Below are positions 62,723 through 64,000 of a stretch of DNA of 64,000 nt, in pieces. Origin of the DNA: Monocercomonoides exilis PA203 (lineage: Eukaryota; Protista; Preaxostyla); the NCBI GenBank assembly GCA_001643675.2, contig LSRY02000039.1, positions 1 through 64,000 on the forward strand. The letters are read 5' to 3'. A model generated the notes under the pieces. That model made no database searches. It saw only the letters and a program-made list of their open reading frames with translations, and was not told the DNA's origin. Every line of letters begins with the position of its first letter. The first letter of the stretch is position 1. Both the position numbers and the translations under genes were made by a program.

Positions 62723-63970
62723 TTAATTCGCCATTCTTTTCATCACCTCCAACAGCTCCTTTCTCTCCTTCGTTGCTTCTTCGTTGCTTCTCTTGATCTC
62801 TGCCAGCAGCTGCTCGTTCTGCGCCCTCAGCGCCTTGTTGATCTCCACCAGCATCTCCATCTGCTTCAACAGCGCATGCATATCTCCACTGCTAGCTGCA
62901 AATCCTCCTTTTCCAGACGCAGACGAGGGCGAAGAGCCTGCTCCTGAAGACGACGCTCCATCTTCCACAATTCGCTCTCCCGGCAGCACTTCGCTACGCT
63001 TCTTCTTCACCAGCACAGTCTTCTTCTCCTTCGGCAGTATCTTCACGTAGTTTGTGGGCACAATACCGGTTGCTCCTTTGCTGTTCTCGCAGGTGCTCCA
63101 GTTCGACTTCTGCTTCAGAACCTTCAACTTCTCTTTCGCTTTCATTGCAATCTGCTTCTTTCCTCCGTCTGTTGGCTGGAAGTCATACAATGCTACACAA
63201 TATTCATCAGAATCTTCTTCGACAATCTCCACAGTCACCATATCATCAACGGGTGATTTGACCTCTTCAACAACTGCAGTTGCACTTTCTTTGTTCTCTT
63301 CTTCTCTTCGGCGCTTTTCTTCCTCCTCTTCTCTCTTCTTTTCTTCTTCTCTTCTCTTTTCCTCTTCCTCTCTTCTCTTTTCCTCCTCTCTTCTTTTCTC
63401 TTCTTCTCTTCTTCTTTCTTCTTCTCTTCTCTCTTCTTCTCTTCTTCGTTCTTCTTCTCTTTCTCGCTCTTCCTCTTCTTTTCTTCGCCTTTCTTCCTCT
63501 TTTCTCTTTTCTTCTTCCCTCTTTCTTTCTTCTTCCCTTTCTCTTTCTTCTTCTTCTTCCTTTCTTCTCTTTTCCTCTTCAGCTTTCTTTTTCTCTTCCT
63601 CAGCTGCTTTACGTTTTTCCTCCTCGCTGTCAGAGCTGTCTTCGCTATCGTCTTCTTTTGCAGATGGTGATGCTGGCTTTGGTGAAGGAGAACTTTTGGC
63701 TGGAGTAGATGGACTTGCAGGTGGTGCAACAAACCCTGATCCAGCTGGTGCCATTCGAAGATATGAACCAGGGCAGAGACCTTTTTGACCACTTGCATTT
63801 TCGCAGGTCCACCATCCTCCTTGCTTTTGAATCAACTTCACTCTTTCTCCTTTTGTGAGAACTAAGAATTTGGGATCACCAGAAGGGTTTTTATAATTTG
63901 CAATTGCATCACAAAATTCTGGTTCTCCGGATGCTTGAGCAGGAAGAGCTTTTAAATATGTCATTGGCAA
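62723..63970 (-). CDS. Two-SH3-domain protein with E/R/K single-alpha-helix linker and C-terminal coiled coil (5' end may extend beyond the window)
   Basis: AIANY..LTKGERVKLIQKQGGWW..GLCPGSYL and ALYDF..KAKEKLKVL..NWS..GIVPTNYV SH3 signatures; EEEKRR repeats. Confidence 0.88.
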   Translation of the reverse strand: MPMTYLKALPAQASGEPEFCDAIANYKNPSGDPKFLVLTKGERVKLIQKQGGWWTCENASGQKGLCPGSYLRMAPAGSGFVAPPASPSTPAKSSPSPKPASPSAKEDDSEDSSDSEEEKRKAAEEEKKKAEEEKRRKEEEEEREREEERKREEEKRKEEERRRKEEEEREREEERRREEERREEERRREEEKRREEEKRREEEEKRREEEKKREEEEEKRRREEENKESATAVVEEVKSPVDDMVTVEIVEEDSDEYCVALYDFQPTDGGKKQIAMKAKEKLKVLKQKSNWSTCENSKGATGIVPTNYVKILPKEKKTVLVKKKRSEVLPGERIVEDGASSSGAGSSPSSASGKGGFAASSGDMHALLKQMEMLVEINKALRAQNEQLLAEIKRSNEEATKERKELLEVMKRMAN

Positions 63971-64000
63971 ATAACCTATGGTTGTGGAAAATAATCAACA

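Overview
AT-rich eukaryotic DNA with short GT-AG introns. The gene families resemble those of the oxymonad Monocercomonoides (inference). The first 33.4 kb is one giant nested palindrome. Two ~11.2-kb near-identical inverted arms (1-8766 + 18160-20583 versus 22242-33399) enclose a 1.66-kb unique spacer holding an intact Merlin/IS1595-family DDE transposase (20909-21796). Each arm carries a decayed Merlin transposase split by a ~7.3-kb TIR element with two convergent paralogous pseudogenes, plus a 256-bp MITE and an intron-containing host-gene fragment. The left arm alone has a further 9,385-bp Merlin element (8767-18151; 871-bp TIRs beginning GGC; 8-bp TSD CATTTGTG) with its own transposase and three captured pieces of a giant surface receptor/pseudokinase family. 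A full-length ~4,040-aa member of that family follows (35284-47405), bracketed by a 148-bp inverted repeat and preceded by two MITEs. From 48.5 kb on are ordinary host genes: purine nucleoside phosphorylase, a Ser-rich low-complexity protein, an NF-YC/Dpb3-like histone-fold protein, a 2xRRM protein, a BIRC6-like E2 ubiquitin-conjugating enzyme and a 2xSH3 protein. The main candidate novelty is a system of gene-capturing Merlin transposons ('Pack-Merlins') with kilobase-scale TIRs. All alignments were done by eye.
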